From: a virus
Direction: 5' to 3' (one strand)
DNA length: 64,000 nt
Virus record (IMG/VR): IMGVR_UViG_3300017761_005873
Span: 1-64,000 of that record
Positions 9,386-18,191 of this stretch are shown one piece after another (the first letter of the stretch is position 1; every line of letters starts with the position of its first letter). Below the pieces are notes generated by a model. That model saw only the letters and a list, made by a program, of their open reading frames with translations, was not told the origin of the DNA and searched no databases. The position numbers and the translations under genes were made by a program.

Positions 9386-11956
9386 TTAATTTTTAAATTC
9401 TATGAAAGAATTTCCATTTTCATCTTTATCAACCATAATGAGATAATCAGGATTAATTATATCACCATAAGCATGTTCAATGATAAGAATTTTATCAATA
9501 TCTTGTTTAACTTTATTCATTAAATTAATAAAATTCATTGCATTCCTTTCTGATAATTTTCCAAAAAGTTCATCAAGTAAAAGAATATTTGGTCTTGACC
9601 TATTATTCATAAATCTCAATGCAAGTCTAAGACAAATACAAGCAAATACTCTTTCCATCCCTGAACCTGAGATAACATTCTGAATAATTTCAGGAGTATC
9701 TTTCTTTGACATTTGAAAGAAAAGTTCATTATCAAAGAAAACATTAAAATCAATATCTTCTGTATATCCTTGAAGATACATATTTACTTTTGGGATTAGT
9801 TTCTTTAAAAGTGTGCTTGGAATACCCTCTCTATGAATACAATTTTGATATTCTTCTCTAATCAATTCTTGTCTTTGTTGTTCAAGATATTTCTCAATAG
9901 TGTTTTTATAATTTTCAATTTCATTTTTAGCAAAATCAATATTATATTTAAATTCATTAACTTTTTTTACATAAGACTCTTTTTCACTTTTAAATTCTTG
10001 AACTTTACTTTTATATGTCTCAATTTTAGTTTCAATTTTTTTATTTTCTTGAATATAAATAATATTTATATCATATTTTGAAAGTGTATCATTCCTTTGA
10101 GAAATCTTTAAATCAATATTTTCAATAAACATTGGAATATTATCATATTCCTGTTTGAATTTATTTCTTTTTTCTATTTCTTTAATTATAAGTTCAATCT
10201 TAGTAATCTTTTCTTTTACTTTAGTTATTGAAATACTTTCTTTTTTAATATCTTCTTCAAAATTAGTTATTAATAATTTTTTACTTTCAATAATTAATTC
10301 CTTATCTTTAATTTCCTCTTTATATTTATCAATATTTTTCTTAATTGATTTTATATCCAATTGATATTTATTTTTAAAGACTTCTTTTTTAATATCATCT
10401 TCAATTTTTTCAATATCTTGTTTTAGTTTATCAACTTTTACTTTAATTGCTGTTATTGCATCATCATCTTTTAAACGATTGCAACTTGGACAAACTTTGC
10501 TATCTTCTAATGAAGAAATTTGATTTTTAATCAAATCAATTTGTCTTTCTAAAGTTAATCTATCATTATCAATTTGGGAATCAATTTTACCTAAAGAAAG
10601 ATTTTCTTTATGAATATAACCATTTATAATACTAATATCATTTGTTATATTATTTATCTCTTTATTTAAATCCTTGATTTGGTCATTTTTAGAAATTAAC
10701 CAACCATTGAATGAATTTGATTTATCTTTTAATGAATTGTAAAGTTCTTCATCCAAAACAAACTTATTAAGTTCTTCAATTTGTTTTAAAAGGTCGATTT
10801 CTGACCTTTTCTTTTCTTCTTTATTATTAATAAGTTTATTAATTTCATCCTTAACTTTATTAATATCTAATTTAGACAATTCGGAATCAATTGGTTTTAA
10901 TGTTTTAATTGTATTTTCAACATGTGTTTCACCATTAGAAATTCTTTCATTTAAGACAGATATTTTATTTTTACTATCTTCAATATTTGTCTCATTTTCT
11001 TGAATTAAATTTTTTGCATCTTCAATTAATTGATTATATCTATCAACTGATATATTAAGTAATGATTCTTTTTTATATTCGTTCTTTTTATATGCTTTGA
11101 ATAGTTCAAGTTTCTTTTCAAAAATATCAAGACCAGTATCTCTAAGAATCGAATCTAAGAATTTAGCATGGTCGGTTGTTAAAATGTCATTTAATGTATC
11201 CGCATTAATTAATGATTTTGTAATAAATTCATCAAAATCACCAATTGAATGTTCAATTAATTTTTGTGTTTTAGACTTATCTTGTTCTGAAAGATTATTT
11301 TCATCAATTATTTCATTATTTGAGTCTAATTTATTGAAATAGGTTTTAGTTGAACATGATGTGATATCTGTGTGTGTTTTATCCCATTTTCTTTCAGTTC
11401 TTCTCCTAATGGCATAATCTTCACCATTAATTTCAACAATTAACTGAACTTCTGAATAATCTTTTTTGTTATTATTGTTGATAAATTTATTATCTCTGTT
11501 CTTCTCTTTTTTGAGAGTATCAAAGGTAGTACCATAAAGACCATATGTTATAGAATTTAAAATGTTTGAGTTATGTACTGCAATATTATTAGCATAATAT
11601 TCACCAATACCTTCAACTTGAATATCAACCAAGTCTTCATAGATATTAGGATTAAATAATATTGATTTGATAATTTCTAAACCATCCTTTGTTTGAAGTT
11701 TTATAAATCTCAATTCATTTCTGATTTCATTTAATGGTTTAAACAGTTTCAAATCTGTTCTAATAAGATGGTCTTTTGAAACTTTTATCGTTTTACCTGT
11801 TTCTGTTTCAATTGACCAAAATTCTGAATTTTTTGATGTTACATCATAAGCAAGTATTTTTGAATACCCACAAGGAGTCTCAACCTCAATATTTAATTCA
11901 GGAAGTAAATCTTTTAATATTTTAAGATTTTCAATTTTTATCTGTTTCTGTGTCAT
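9386..11956 (-). CDS. sbcC: SbcC/Rad50 (gp46-like) ATPase C-terminal fragment with N-terminal split-intein C-part (IntC)
   Basis: After ...NNIAVHN comes SNILNSITYGLYG (rest of Walker A helix), a long coiled coil, zinc hook CPSC, signature SGSGMER, Walker B ILLLDE and H-loop IIEH. Probable start ATG 11956 (track start 11980). Confidence 0.92.
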   Translation of the reverse strand: MTQKQIKIENLKILKDLLPELNIEVETPCGYSKILAYDVTSKNSEFWSIETETGKTIKVSKDHLIRTDLKLFKPLNEIRNELRFIKLQTKDGLEIIKSILFNPNIYEDLVDIQVEGIGEYYANNIAVHNSNILNSITYGLYGTTFDTLKKEKNRDNKFINNNNKKDYSEVQLIVEINGEDYAIRRRTERKWDKTHTDITSCSTKTYFNKLDSNNEIIDENNLSEQDKSKTQKLIEHSIGDFDEFITKSLINADTLNDILTTDHAKFLDSILRDTGLDIFEKKLELFKAYKKNEYKKESLLNISVDRYNQLIEDAKNLIQENETNIEDSKNKISVLNERISNGETHVENTIKTLKPIDSELSKLDINKVKDEINKLINNKEEKKRSEIDLLKQIEELNKFVLDEELYNSLKDKSNSFNGWLISKNDQIKDLNKEINNITNDISIINGYIHKENLSLGKIDSQIDNDRLTLERQIDLIKNQISSLEDSKVCPSCNRLKDDDAITAIKVKVDKLKQDIEKIEDDIKKEVFKNKYQLDIKSIKKNIDKYKEEIKDKELIIESKKLLITNFEEDIKKESISITKVKEKITKIELIIKEIEKRNKFKQEYDNIPMFIENIDLKISQRNDTLSKYDINIIYIQENKKIETKIETYKSKVQEFKSEKESYVKKVNEFKYNIDFAKNEIENYKNTIEKYLEQQRQELIREEYQNCIHREGIPSTLLKKLIPKVNMYLQGYTEDIDFNVFFDNELFFQMSKKDTPEIIQNVISGSGMERVFACICLRLALRFMNNRSRPNILLLDELFGKLSERNAMNFINLMNKVKQDIDKILIIEHAYGDIINPDYLIMVDKDENGNSFIEFKN
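11570..11956 (-). other. Split intein C-fragment (IntC, ~129 aa, no endonuclease)
   Basis: Block B-like KTIKVSKDHLI, block F LVDIQVEG-GEYYAN and terminal His-Asn followed by Ser+1. Confidence 0.92.
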
Positions 11957-12506
11957 ATTCAAGTAATGGAAAAATTTCAATAATATTATTTACCCTGTTA
12001 TTATAATTTTCATGTTTATTCTCAGGGTCAAAAAGAATAATTTTAGTATTTTTAAATTCTAATTCTGATAATTTAGGATTAGCACTTAGAATATAATCGA
12101 AATCTTCATCAACATATTCTACAAACTTATTGTAGAACCTAATCTCATCAAAATAAAATGATGCTGAAAAATTTGATATATAAAATGCTGTTAAACTTCT
12201 CATTTTAACACCCTCTCTTGATAGTATAATAATCCTATAGTTATTTTCAGATAATTCAGGATAAATTTGATTTATTTGTGCAATAATTTCTTTTGAAGGT
12301 AATGTTGATTTAGCAAATAATTCATACGAATATTGAAATATAAAATCTTCTAATTCATCATTTTCAAAATGAAATGAAAGTAATGGATTAAATGGGTCGA
12401 TTGGATAACCTATTGACCTATCAGCAAATTCAATTTTATAAAATTGTTCAAATTTTTTTATAAAATCTCTTAGAATTCCGTTTACTTCAATGGCAAATGT
12501 TTTCAT
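11931..12506 (-). CDS. HAD-superfamily 5'(3')-nucleotidase-like protein with degenerate motif I
   Basis: FAIEVNGILRDF resembles IAIDxDGVLxD. RIIILSRE is a motif II-like strand. Confidence 0.5.
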   Translation of the reverse strand: MKTFAIEVNGILRDFIKKFEQFYKIEFADRSIGYPIDPFNPLLSFHFENDELEDFIFQYSYELFAKSTLPSKEIIAQINQIYPELSENNYRIIILSREGVKMRSLTAFYISNFSASFYFDEIRFYNKFVEYVDEDFDYILSANPKLSELEFKNTKIILFDPENKHENYNNRVNNIIEIFPLLEYDTETDKN

Positions 12507-12510
12507 AACA

Positions 12511-12518
12511 CAAATATA
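12511..12518 (-). promoter_or_regulatory. Bacteroidota-type -7 promoter box TATATTTG driving the HAD-like plus IntC-sbcC operon
   Basis: TAnnTTTG just upstream of ATG 12506. The same box is at 17298, 28941, 35686, 39277 and 45012. Confidence 0.6.
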
Positions 12519-12529
12519 TGATTTTTTGT

Positions 12530-12538
12530 CGTATTTTA
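12530..12538 (+). promoter_or_regulatory. CGTATTTTA motif (putative middle promoter)
   Basis: Recurs upstream of ORF starts at 12530(+), 20209(-), 28951(-), 50538(+) and 59094(+). Confidence 0.5.
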
Positions 12539-12558
12539 ATTAAAAATATAAATAAAAA

Positions 12559-13632
12559 ATGGATAAATTAGACAAACTGAATGAATTATTCAATAATATT
12601 GAAAGCAATAATTTCAATATTTATTTGTATGTTCCATCTATTCCAGAGAATGTATATTCAATGGCTGTTGAGGAAATATACAATATTTGTTTCTTTCTAA
12701 GAAAAAATAACTATAATGCTTTTCTGATTACAGGAGAAGATGAAAAAGAAGTTGAATATAAAATTCCTTCTTATTTATCAGAAGATTTAAGAAATGTACC
12801 ACATCTTTCACCTAAAAAAGATAATATTAATGTATCACCTAGTGATGTATTAATTGTTCCTGAATTTTTCGTGAATGTAATGCATCAAATTTTTGATGCT
12901 AAAATTCAATGTGAGAAAATTGTTCTTTGTCAATCTCAAGTATATATGTTGGATTCTCTTCCACCAAATCATACTTGGGCTGCTTGGGGATTTAACACAA
13001 TCGTCACAACTTCTCAACAATTAAAAGAATTTATCCAAAGAAATTCAAGAGTAAATTATAATATTCAATCATATACAATTGGTATTCCTGATTATTTTAA
13101 ACCTAAAAAAATTAAAAAACCAATTATTATGTATTTTTCAAGAGAAGATAATGTTATTAAGAGATTATCAAAGATTTTCTTTATGAAATTTCCTGAACTT
13201 TCTTGGGTTCTTTTTGAAAGAGTACAAGGTGGTGAACCATTTATTACAAGAGAGAAACTTGCTGAAAAAATGGGTGAAGTTCCTGTTCTTCTATGGCTTG
13301 ATAAAGATGCAGGGTTTGGTACACTTCCACTTGAAGCAATGAAAAGTGGTGCTGTTGTAGTTGGTATGATTCCTGAAATCGAAAAGGATTATCTTAAAAA
13401 TGATGATACAGCAGTTTGGTCAAATTCACTTGAAGTGCTTGCAGAGCAACTAGGTGTAGTCATTAAAGAATGGATGGTTGATAATGTTCCACAAACAGTT
13501 TATGATAACATGGAAAAGGTTTCAAGTCAATTTACAACCGAAAATCATGAAAAAACACTAATTGAAGCATTTTCAAATATTTTTGAAAATAGAAAAAAAT
13601 TAATTAAACAAGTAATAGAAAATGAAAAATAA
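12559..13632 (+). CDS. GT-B fold (GT4-like) glycosyltransferase
   Basis: DVLIVPE and AGFGTLPLEAMKSGAVVVG motifs. Paralog of 28927-29883. Confidence 0.8.
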   Translation: MDKLDKLNELFNNIESNNFNIYLYVPSIPENVYSMAVEEIYNICFFLRKNNYNAFLITGEDEKEVEYKIPSYLSEDLRNVPHLSPKKDNINVSPSDVLIVPEFFVNVMHQIFDAKIQCEKIVLCQSQVYMLDSLPPNHTWAAWGFNTIVTTSQQLKEFIQRNSRVNYNIQSYTIGIPDYFKPKKIKKPIIMYFSREDNVIKRLSKIFFMKFPELSWVLFERVQGGEPFITREKLAEKMGEVPVLLWLDKDAGFGTLPLEAMKSGAVVVGMIPEIEKDYLKNDDTAVWSNSLEVLAEQLGVVIKEWMVDNVPQTVYDNMEKVSSQFTTENHEKTLIEAFSNIFENRKKLIKQVIENEK

Positions 13633-14431
13633 AACATTAGATTTAACTGTGATTATTCCATTTAATAAAATGGAAAATGATTTAGATAAAGAATTATTTG
13701 ATTTAGCAATCAAATCAATTTACAATCAAAATGATGGTATTTTACCAAAAGAAGTAATTGTTATTACAACTACTGAAACTAGTAAATCTTTAGATTTAAA
13801 AGAGTTTAAAAACACAAGAGTTGTTATTAATGATGAAACATCGGATAATGTTCAAAGTCAAATTAATAAAGCTGTAGATGAAGTTAAAACTAATTTCTTT
13901 ATGATTTTAGATGGTGATGATGAATTAAGTAATTTTTATTTTCAAAATGTAAATATTCATATGGAAGAAATGTCAAATATTGATATGTTTCTTCCTTTGA
14001 TTGCTGATGTTTCAATTGATAAAAAAATTCATCGATATATCAACGAAATTAATTGGGCAAAAGATGTGACAAATGATAGACATGGTTATTTGACTATGGA
14101 AACATTAATGAATTATAATCTTGTTTCAATTAATGGTGCTGTGATTAAAAAAGAAAAATTTGAAGAGGCAGGTAAATTAAAAGAATCAATGAAACTTAGT
14201 TTTGTTCATGAGTTTTTAATGAGATTTACTAACATTGATGGTATTACATATACTATTCCAAAGATTGGTTATTTAAGGAAATTTGGAAGAGAAAATTCAT
14301 ATCTATCAATTCAATCAAAAATGGATAATGATGAAATTAGTTTTTGGTGGAATCTTGCTAAAAAAGAATATGTTTGGCCTCATGACAGAAATAAGACCTA
14401 TGTAAAGAAGCAAGAAGCACCTATTATTTAA
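13622..14431 (+). CDS. GT2-family glycosyltransferase
   Basis: LTVIIPFN, SIYNQ, EVIVI and FMILDGDD (DxD) motifs. Confidence 0.8.
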   Translation: MKNKTLDLTVIIPFNKMENDLDKELFDLAIKSIYNQNDGILPKEVIVITTTETSKSLDLKEFKNTRVVINDETSDNVQSQINKAVDEVKTNFFMILDGDDELSNFYFQNVNIHMEEMSNIDMFLPLIADVSIDKKIHRYINEINWAKDVTNDRHGYLTMETLMNYNLVSINGAVIKKEKFEEAGKLKESMKLSFVHEFLMRFTNIDGITYTIPKIGYLRKFGRENSYLSIQSKMDNDEISFWWNLAKKEYVWPHDRNKTYVKKQEAPII

Positions 14432-15229
14432 ATGATAGAAGTGGTTAAAAAAGGCAGACGTGGTAGGAAAGCAAAACCAGGGTCTGTAAAGGAGTATTTT
14501 ACTGATGCAACAGAAAAGGCTATTATTAAATATAATAGCCCTTACTGTTCATTAGAAGAAAAAAATGAAATATATGAGAAAGAAATACATAAAGCTTTAA
14601 AGAAACTTGCATACTTTACAGCAAAATCATATTTTCTTTATTTTTCTAAAAGATACTCAATAGAAGATATGGAAAATGACCTGTTGATATTTGCATACAA
14701 TAATCTTCATATGTTTAATCCTGAAAAGATTAATAAAAATGGTGTAAAATCAAAGGCATTTTCCTACTTCTCCACAATATGTAAAAATGAAGCCAAGCAT
14801 ATATCTGAAAGAAATTTTAATCAAGATAAAACAAGTGATGATATTGTGGAAAATATAGAAATATTTGAAAGAAATATCAATCTATCTTATGAAATTAATG
14901 AAAATTTAGAAGAAGATATCGATAATAATTATATAAGAATTGTATTTTTTGGACTTTGTACAGAAATCAAAACTAAAATAGAAACTGATAAAAATTTAAA
15001 AGAAATTGATATAAATATTGGTTATTCATTAATATCGATAATTGAAAATTTTAAATATATTAATGAACCAACAGAATCAAAAATGAGTTTATTCTTTTTA
15101 AATAATAAGGTTGTTGATATGATTTGTGAACTAACTGAATCAAGATATAAAAAACAAGATATTAAAAAATCCCTTAAATCATTTAAATGTATTTATAAAA
15201 AATTAAAAGATGATTATTTATCATTATGA
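14432..15229 (+). CDS. Phage RNA polymerase sigma factor (T4 gp55-like)
   Basis: KEYF...AIIKYN...EDMENDLLIFAYNNLHMFNPEK...KAFSYFSTICKN is a sigma region 2 pattern typical of gp55-like factors. Confidence 0.7.
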   Translation: MIEVVKKGRRGRKAKPGSVKEYFTDATEKAIIKYNSPYCSLEEKNEIYEKEIHKALKKLAYFTAKSYFLYFSKRYSIEDMENDLLIFAYNNLHMFNPEKINKNGVKSKAFSYFSTICKNEAKHISERNFNQDKTSDDIVENIEIFERNINLSYEINENLEEDIDNNYIRIVFFGLCTEIKTKIETDKNLKEIDINIGYSLISIIENFKYINEPTESKMSLFFLNNKVVDMICELTESRYKKQDIKKSLKSFKCIYKKLKDDYLSL

Positions 15230-15384
15230 GGTTTTTTATCCTTATCACAACCACATGACTTTTGTTTGATATATTTTGTATTATCAAGTATAAGAATAAT
15301 AGAAGATATACCAATTTTATACCAAATACTTAAATTTGGTAAAAAATAACTTAATCCGAAAAAACATAATAAAGAATACAACAT
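15214..15384 (-). CDS. Small 56-aa membrane protein with C-terminal CGC
   Basis: Below the track cut-off: MLYSLLCFFGLSYFLPNLSIWYKIGISSIILILDNTKYIKQKSCGCDKDKKPHNDK. Preceded by a CTATTTAT motif. Confidence 0.55.
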   Translation of the reverse strand: MLYSLLCFFGLSYFLPNLSIWYKIGISSIILILDNTKYIKQKSCGCDKDKKPHNDK

Positions 15385-15386
15385 AC

Positions 15387-15403
15387 CTATTTATTATAAA
15401 TAG
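15387..15403. promoter_or_regulatory. Back-to-back putative late promoter palindrome CTATTTATTATAAATAG
   Basis: CTATTTAT on both strands between divergent ATGs 15384(-) and 15410(+). Confidence 0.6.
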
Positions 15404-15409
15404 ATTATA

Positions 15410-15712
15410 ATGGATGAATTTAATATATATGCAGATTTTGTAACAGATAATACTTTTGCTACACTACCATTCATAAAGATTGATGAAAGTCCTGAAGATG
15501 TATATGTTCAATGGACACTTGGTGACCGTTTAGATAGGTTAGCATATAAATATTATAATAATGTTGCATTTGGTAAATTTATTTTATTGGCAAATCCTCA
15601 ATATGTTTCGGAAAATGATATTGAAACGGATTCTATTGTTAGAATACCAATGCCAAAACAATCATTAATTAATATAATTCGTGATAAAATAAATAAAAGT
15701 AAAAAATTTTAA
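15410..15712 (+). CDS. LysM/tail-X-like baseplate wedge protein (gp53-like)
   Basis: GDRLDRLAYKYY...ILLANP...IVRIP motif. Confidence 0.75.
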   Translation: MDEFNIYADFVTDNTFATLPFIKIDESPEDVYVQWTLGDRLDRLAYKYYNNVAFGKFILLANPQYVSENDIETDSIVRIPMPKQSLINIIRDKINKSKKF

Positions 15713-15951
15713 AGCCTTTCTCCTTGATATCTATTTTTAATAAATTGTATGAATGCTTTACCTGTTGATTCGGCATTCTGTAATTCATTATAATCTGAAA
15801 GACTAACATTATCGTATTTATATACTAAATTACCTTTTACAAATGTTACTTGTAAAGTATTATTTGTAATATTGTAAATTGATGAAACAATATTAGATGA
15901 GTCATATGTTGCTTCAATGATTCCATTTTCTTCTTTTACACTTGTTGTCAT
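15709..15951 (-). CDS. KTSC domain protein
   Basis: DSSNIVSSIYN...LQVTF-KG-VYKYDNV...AESTGKAF..FIK pattern. Confidence 0.85.
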   Translation of the reverse strand: MTTSVKEENGIIEATYDSSNIVSSIYNITNNTLQVTFVKGNLVYKYDNVSLSDYNELQNAESTGKAFIQFIKNRYQGERL

Positions 15952-15955
15952 ATTT

Positions 15956-17293
15956 TTATTTTAAAAATTCAGGTAAATAACCTAGTTTACTTATTATTTC
16001 TTCTTCATTAAATCTAATGTTGATTTTAGTTTCAGGATGAACACATTTACCAACCTGATTCTCGCCATAGATTTGAATAATTCCATTTTTATCACTTAAA
16101 TCAAGTTCATATCGTTCTCCATGTGATTTGAAATTATCAAGAACAATCTTTTTAACTTTCCAATCGTAAAATTGATTCTCTATATCCTTTTCAATTAATG
16201 AACTAATTTCATTATCAAGACTTAAAACATCTTTAATAAAGTCTTCATTATGATTCTTTGCTTTTAGAAAATTAATGAATTCTTGTCTTACACTATCATC
16301 ATTATTTAAATCAATAGTTTCATCAAATTCTTTAATCTTTAAAGATTTATTAAGAATCTTTGATTTATCAAATTTAATAGTGGTGAATTCACCATATTTA
16401 GAATCTAAATGTTTTTTAATCTTTTGTTTATTCTCAACAGTAAATGTTGAATATTGGTCCATCCAATGAATTTTAAGATGATTATATTTACCAACATTTG
16501 TAAGTTCAATATTTAGATTTTCGTAATCATAATCTTCGTTTATATAAACATTAAAATATTTATATTCCGAAAATATTTCTTTCTTTTCAAAAATCTTTGC
16601 TTCAATATCCCAAAGAAGATAACCGTGAAAAGCATTATCACCTTCACCATAATTTGTACAATATAGTGAGGATGGGTAAGCAAAAAATTCTTTACCATTT
16701 TTTTGATATGATTGTTGGAGATGTATATCTCCTGCCATTACAATATCACCTTTAAAATCAGCAAGAGAAACAATATTACTATCGGTATGGAGTTGTCCAT
16801 TTTGTAGATAACATCCATTAATAGGGTCATGGAAAAGGTCAATATAACATTTATTATTATCACGCTCTTCTTGATTGAACTCAAGCCAAGGGGATTTTCT
16901 GTCAGGATGATACCAAACAGCGAAAGTAATGTTATCAAGTTCAAAAAAACCTGTTGAGTCATAATAATGTATGTTTGGGTTATTAATAATCTCAACAAGC
17001 ATCTTAATTGATGACATTCTATTGAGATTTGATTTCATTATATCGTGATTCCCATCGATAATCACTACAGGTGCTATCATAGCACATGAGTTTAAGAAAT
17101 CACCTGCAAGAACATTAATTTCATTAAATGGTTTTACATAATTGTGAAAAAGGTCTCCTGCAATTACAATTAAATCAGGTTTATCATTTGTAAGTGATTC
17201 AATCGTTAAATTTGAGACATGTTTTTGCTCCGCTAGTCTATCCAAATTATTTTGAAAATGGACATCAGCAAGGTGGGCAATTTTTTTAATCAT
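15956..17293 (-). CDS. sbcD: SbcD/Mre11 (gp47-like) nuclease fused to the first ~39 aa of SbcC/Rad50 and a 29-aa split-intein N-part
   Basis: Phosphoesterase motifs HLADVH, AGDLFH, GNHD, LFH and GDIH, then WKVKKIVLDNFKSH...IYGENQVGK, then CVHPETKI... Confidence 0.92.
   Translation of the reverse strand: MIKKIAHLADVHFQNNLDRLAEQKHVSNLTIESLTNDKPDLIVIAGDLFHNYVKPFNEINVLAGDFLNSCAMIAPVVIIDGNHDIMKSNLNRMSSIKMLVEIINNPNIHYYDSTGFFELDNITFAVWYHPDRKSPWLEFNQEERDNNKCYIDLFHDPINGCYLQNGQLHTDSNIVSLADFKGDIVMAGDIHLQQSYQKNGKEFFAYPSSLYCTNYGEGDNAFHGYLLWDIEAKIFEKKEIFSEYKYFNVYINEDYDYENLNIELTNVGKYNHLKIHWMDQYSTFTVENKQKIKKHLDSKYGEFTTIKFDKSKILNKSLKIKEFDETIDLNNDDSVRQEFINFLKAKNHNEDFIKDVLSLDNEISSLIEKDIENQFYDWKVKKIVLDNFKSHGERYELDLSDKNGIIQIYGENQVGKCVHPETKINIRFNEEEIISKLGYLPEFLK
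15959..16045 (-). other. Split intein N-fragment (IntN, 29 aa)
   Basis: Block A CVHPETKINI begins immediately after the Walker A GK, and the ORF stops 29 aa later. Confidence 0.9.
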
Positions 17294-17297
17294 GATT

Positions 17298-17305
17298 CAA
17301 ATATA
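17298..17305 (-). promoter_or_regulatory. Bacteroidota-type -7 box TATATTTG for sbcD-IntN
   Basis: TATATTTG 4 nt upstream of ATG 17293. Confidence 0.6.
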
Positions 17306-17336
17306 ATACCTTTATGGATAAATTCAATCTAATATT

Positions 17337-18191
17337 TCATAATTTTTTAGAAATTAAATTCATAATATTATTTTCATCATAGTTGTCAGTCCATGTTATA
17401 TCTTCGCCTGTATTTGAATAACCAGTGTACTCATATGAACCACATAGACAAATAAATTTATTATTTTTATAATTTTCTTTTACCATAGAAAATGTATATG
17501 GACCTGATGACCTACCTATTATAAGTGAAGTTTTTGTGCTTATATATGAAATTTCATTAAGATTTGAACCACTTGATGTTTCACCAATTATATCATGAGC
17601 AAAAATAAAATTATCTTTATTAATATATGTATCCATATTATTAGTAGCTATAATAATATAATCTTTATAAGTGTCACAAATCATTTCAATAAGATTATTC
17701 ATATTGAAATTAGATGCTTGACCAGACCTTACATCATTATTACAGACTAAAATAAATTTTTTACCTTTATTGGTTTCAAAATAATTTTTTGCATTTTCAA
17801 TTTCAAACATTTCATAATTAATTGAAGGTATATAATATTCGATATCTTTCATTAAATGAACGATATTTAATTTTTCATATATATGACCCATCACTTTATA
17901 AAGTGATGGAAAATTACACCCCGAAAAAAGATTTAATATTTCTCTATTCTGTCCAATCCAAGTATCTATATACAAACCTGTATTTGGATTAATAATAGGT
18001 ATAAAAATATTATTTGGATGACGTACAAATTGAACAAATTCAGCACCTAAATCTTTCATTAATGAAGGATTATTAAAATGATGGTAATAAATTTTATCAG
18101 GATTTAATATGTTTATTAAATCTTTTACATATTCTCTAGAAAAATGTAAATCACCATTATGAGCGCAATTAAAAAAATTAATTATTTTCAT
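17337..18191 (-). CDS. Putative glycosyltransferase-like protein (paralog of 20610-21464)
   Basis: Shares H-x-GDL-x-x-SR, SGQA-x-NF and EISYIST...IIGRSSGPYTF with its paralog. GT9-like GT-B pattern. Confidence 0.5.
   Translation of the reverse strand: MKIINFFNCAHNGDLHFSREYVKDLINILNPDKIYYHHFNNPSLMKDLGAEFVQFVRHPNNIFIPIINPNTGLYIDTWIGQNREILNLFSGCNFPSLYKVMGHIYEKLNIVHLMKDIEYYIPSINYEMFEIENAKNYFETNKGKKFILVCNNDVRSGQASNFNMNNLIEMICDTYKDYIIIATNNMDTYINKDNFIFAHDIIGETSSGSNLNEISYISTKTSLIIGRSSGPYTFSMVKENYKNNKFICLCGSYEYTGYSNTGEDITWTDNYDENNIMNLISKKL

Noticed and set aside
9386-17293. sbcC and sbcD as pseudogenes or a misassembly
   Set aside because: Both ORFs are intact with all catalytic motifs, the break is precisely bounded by complementary intein halves, and each half has a promoter box. 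A read-level check is still advisable.
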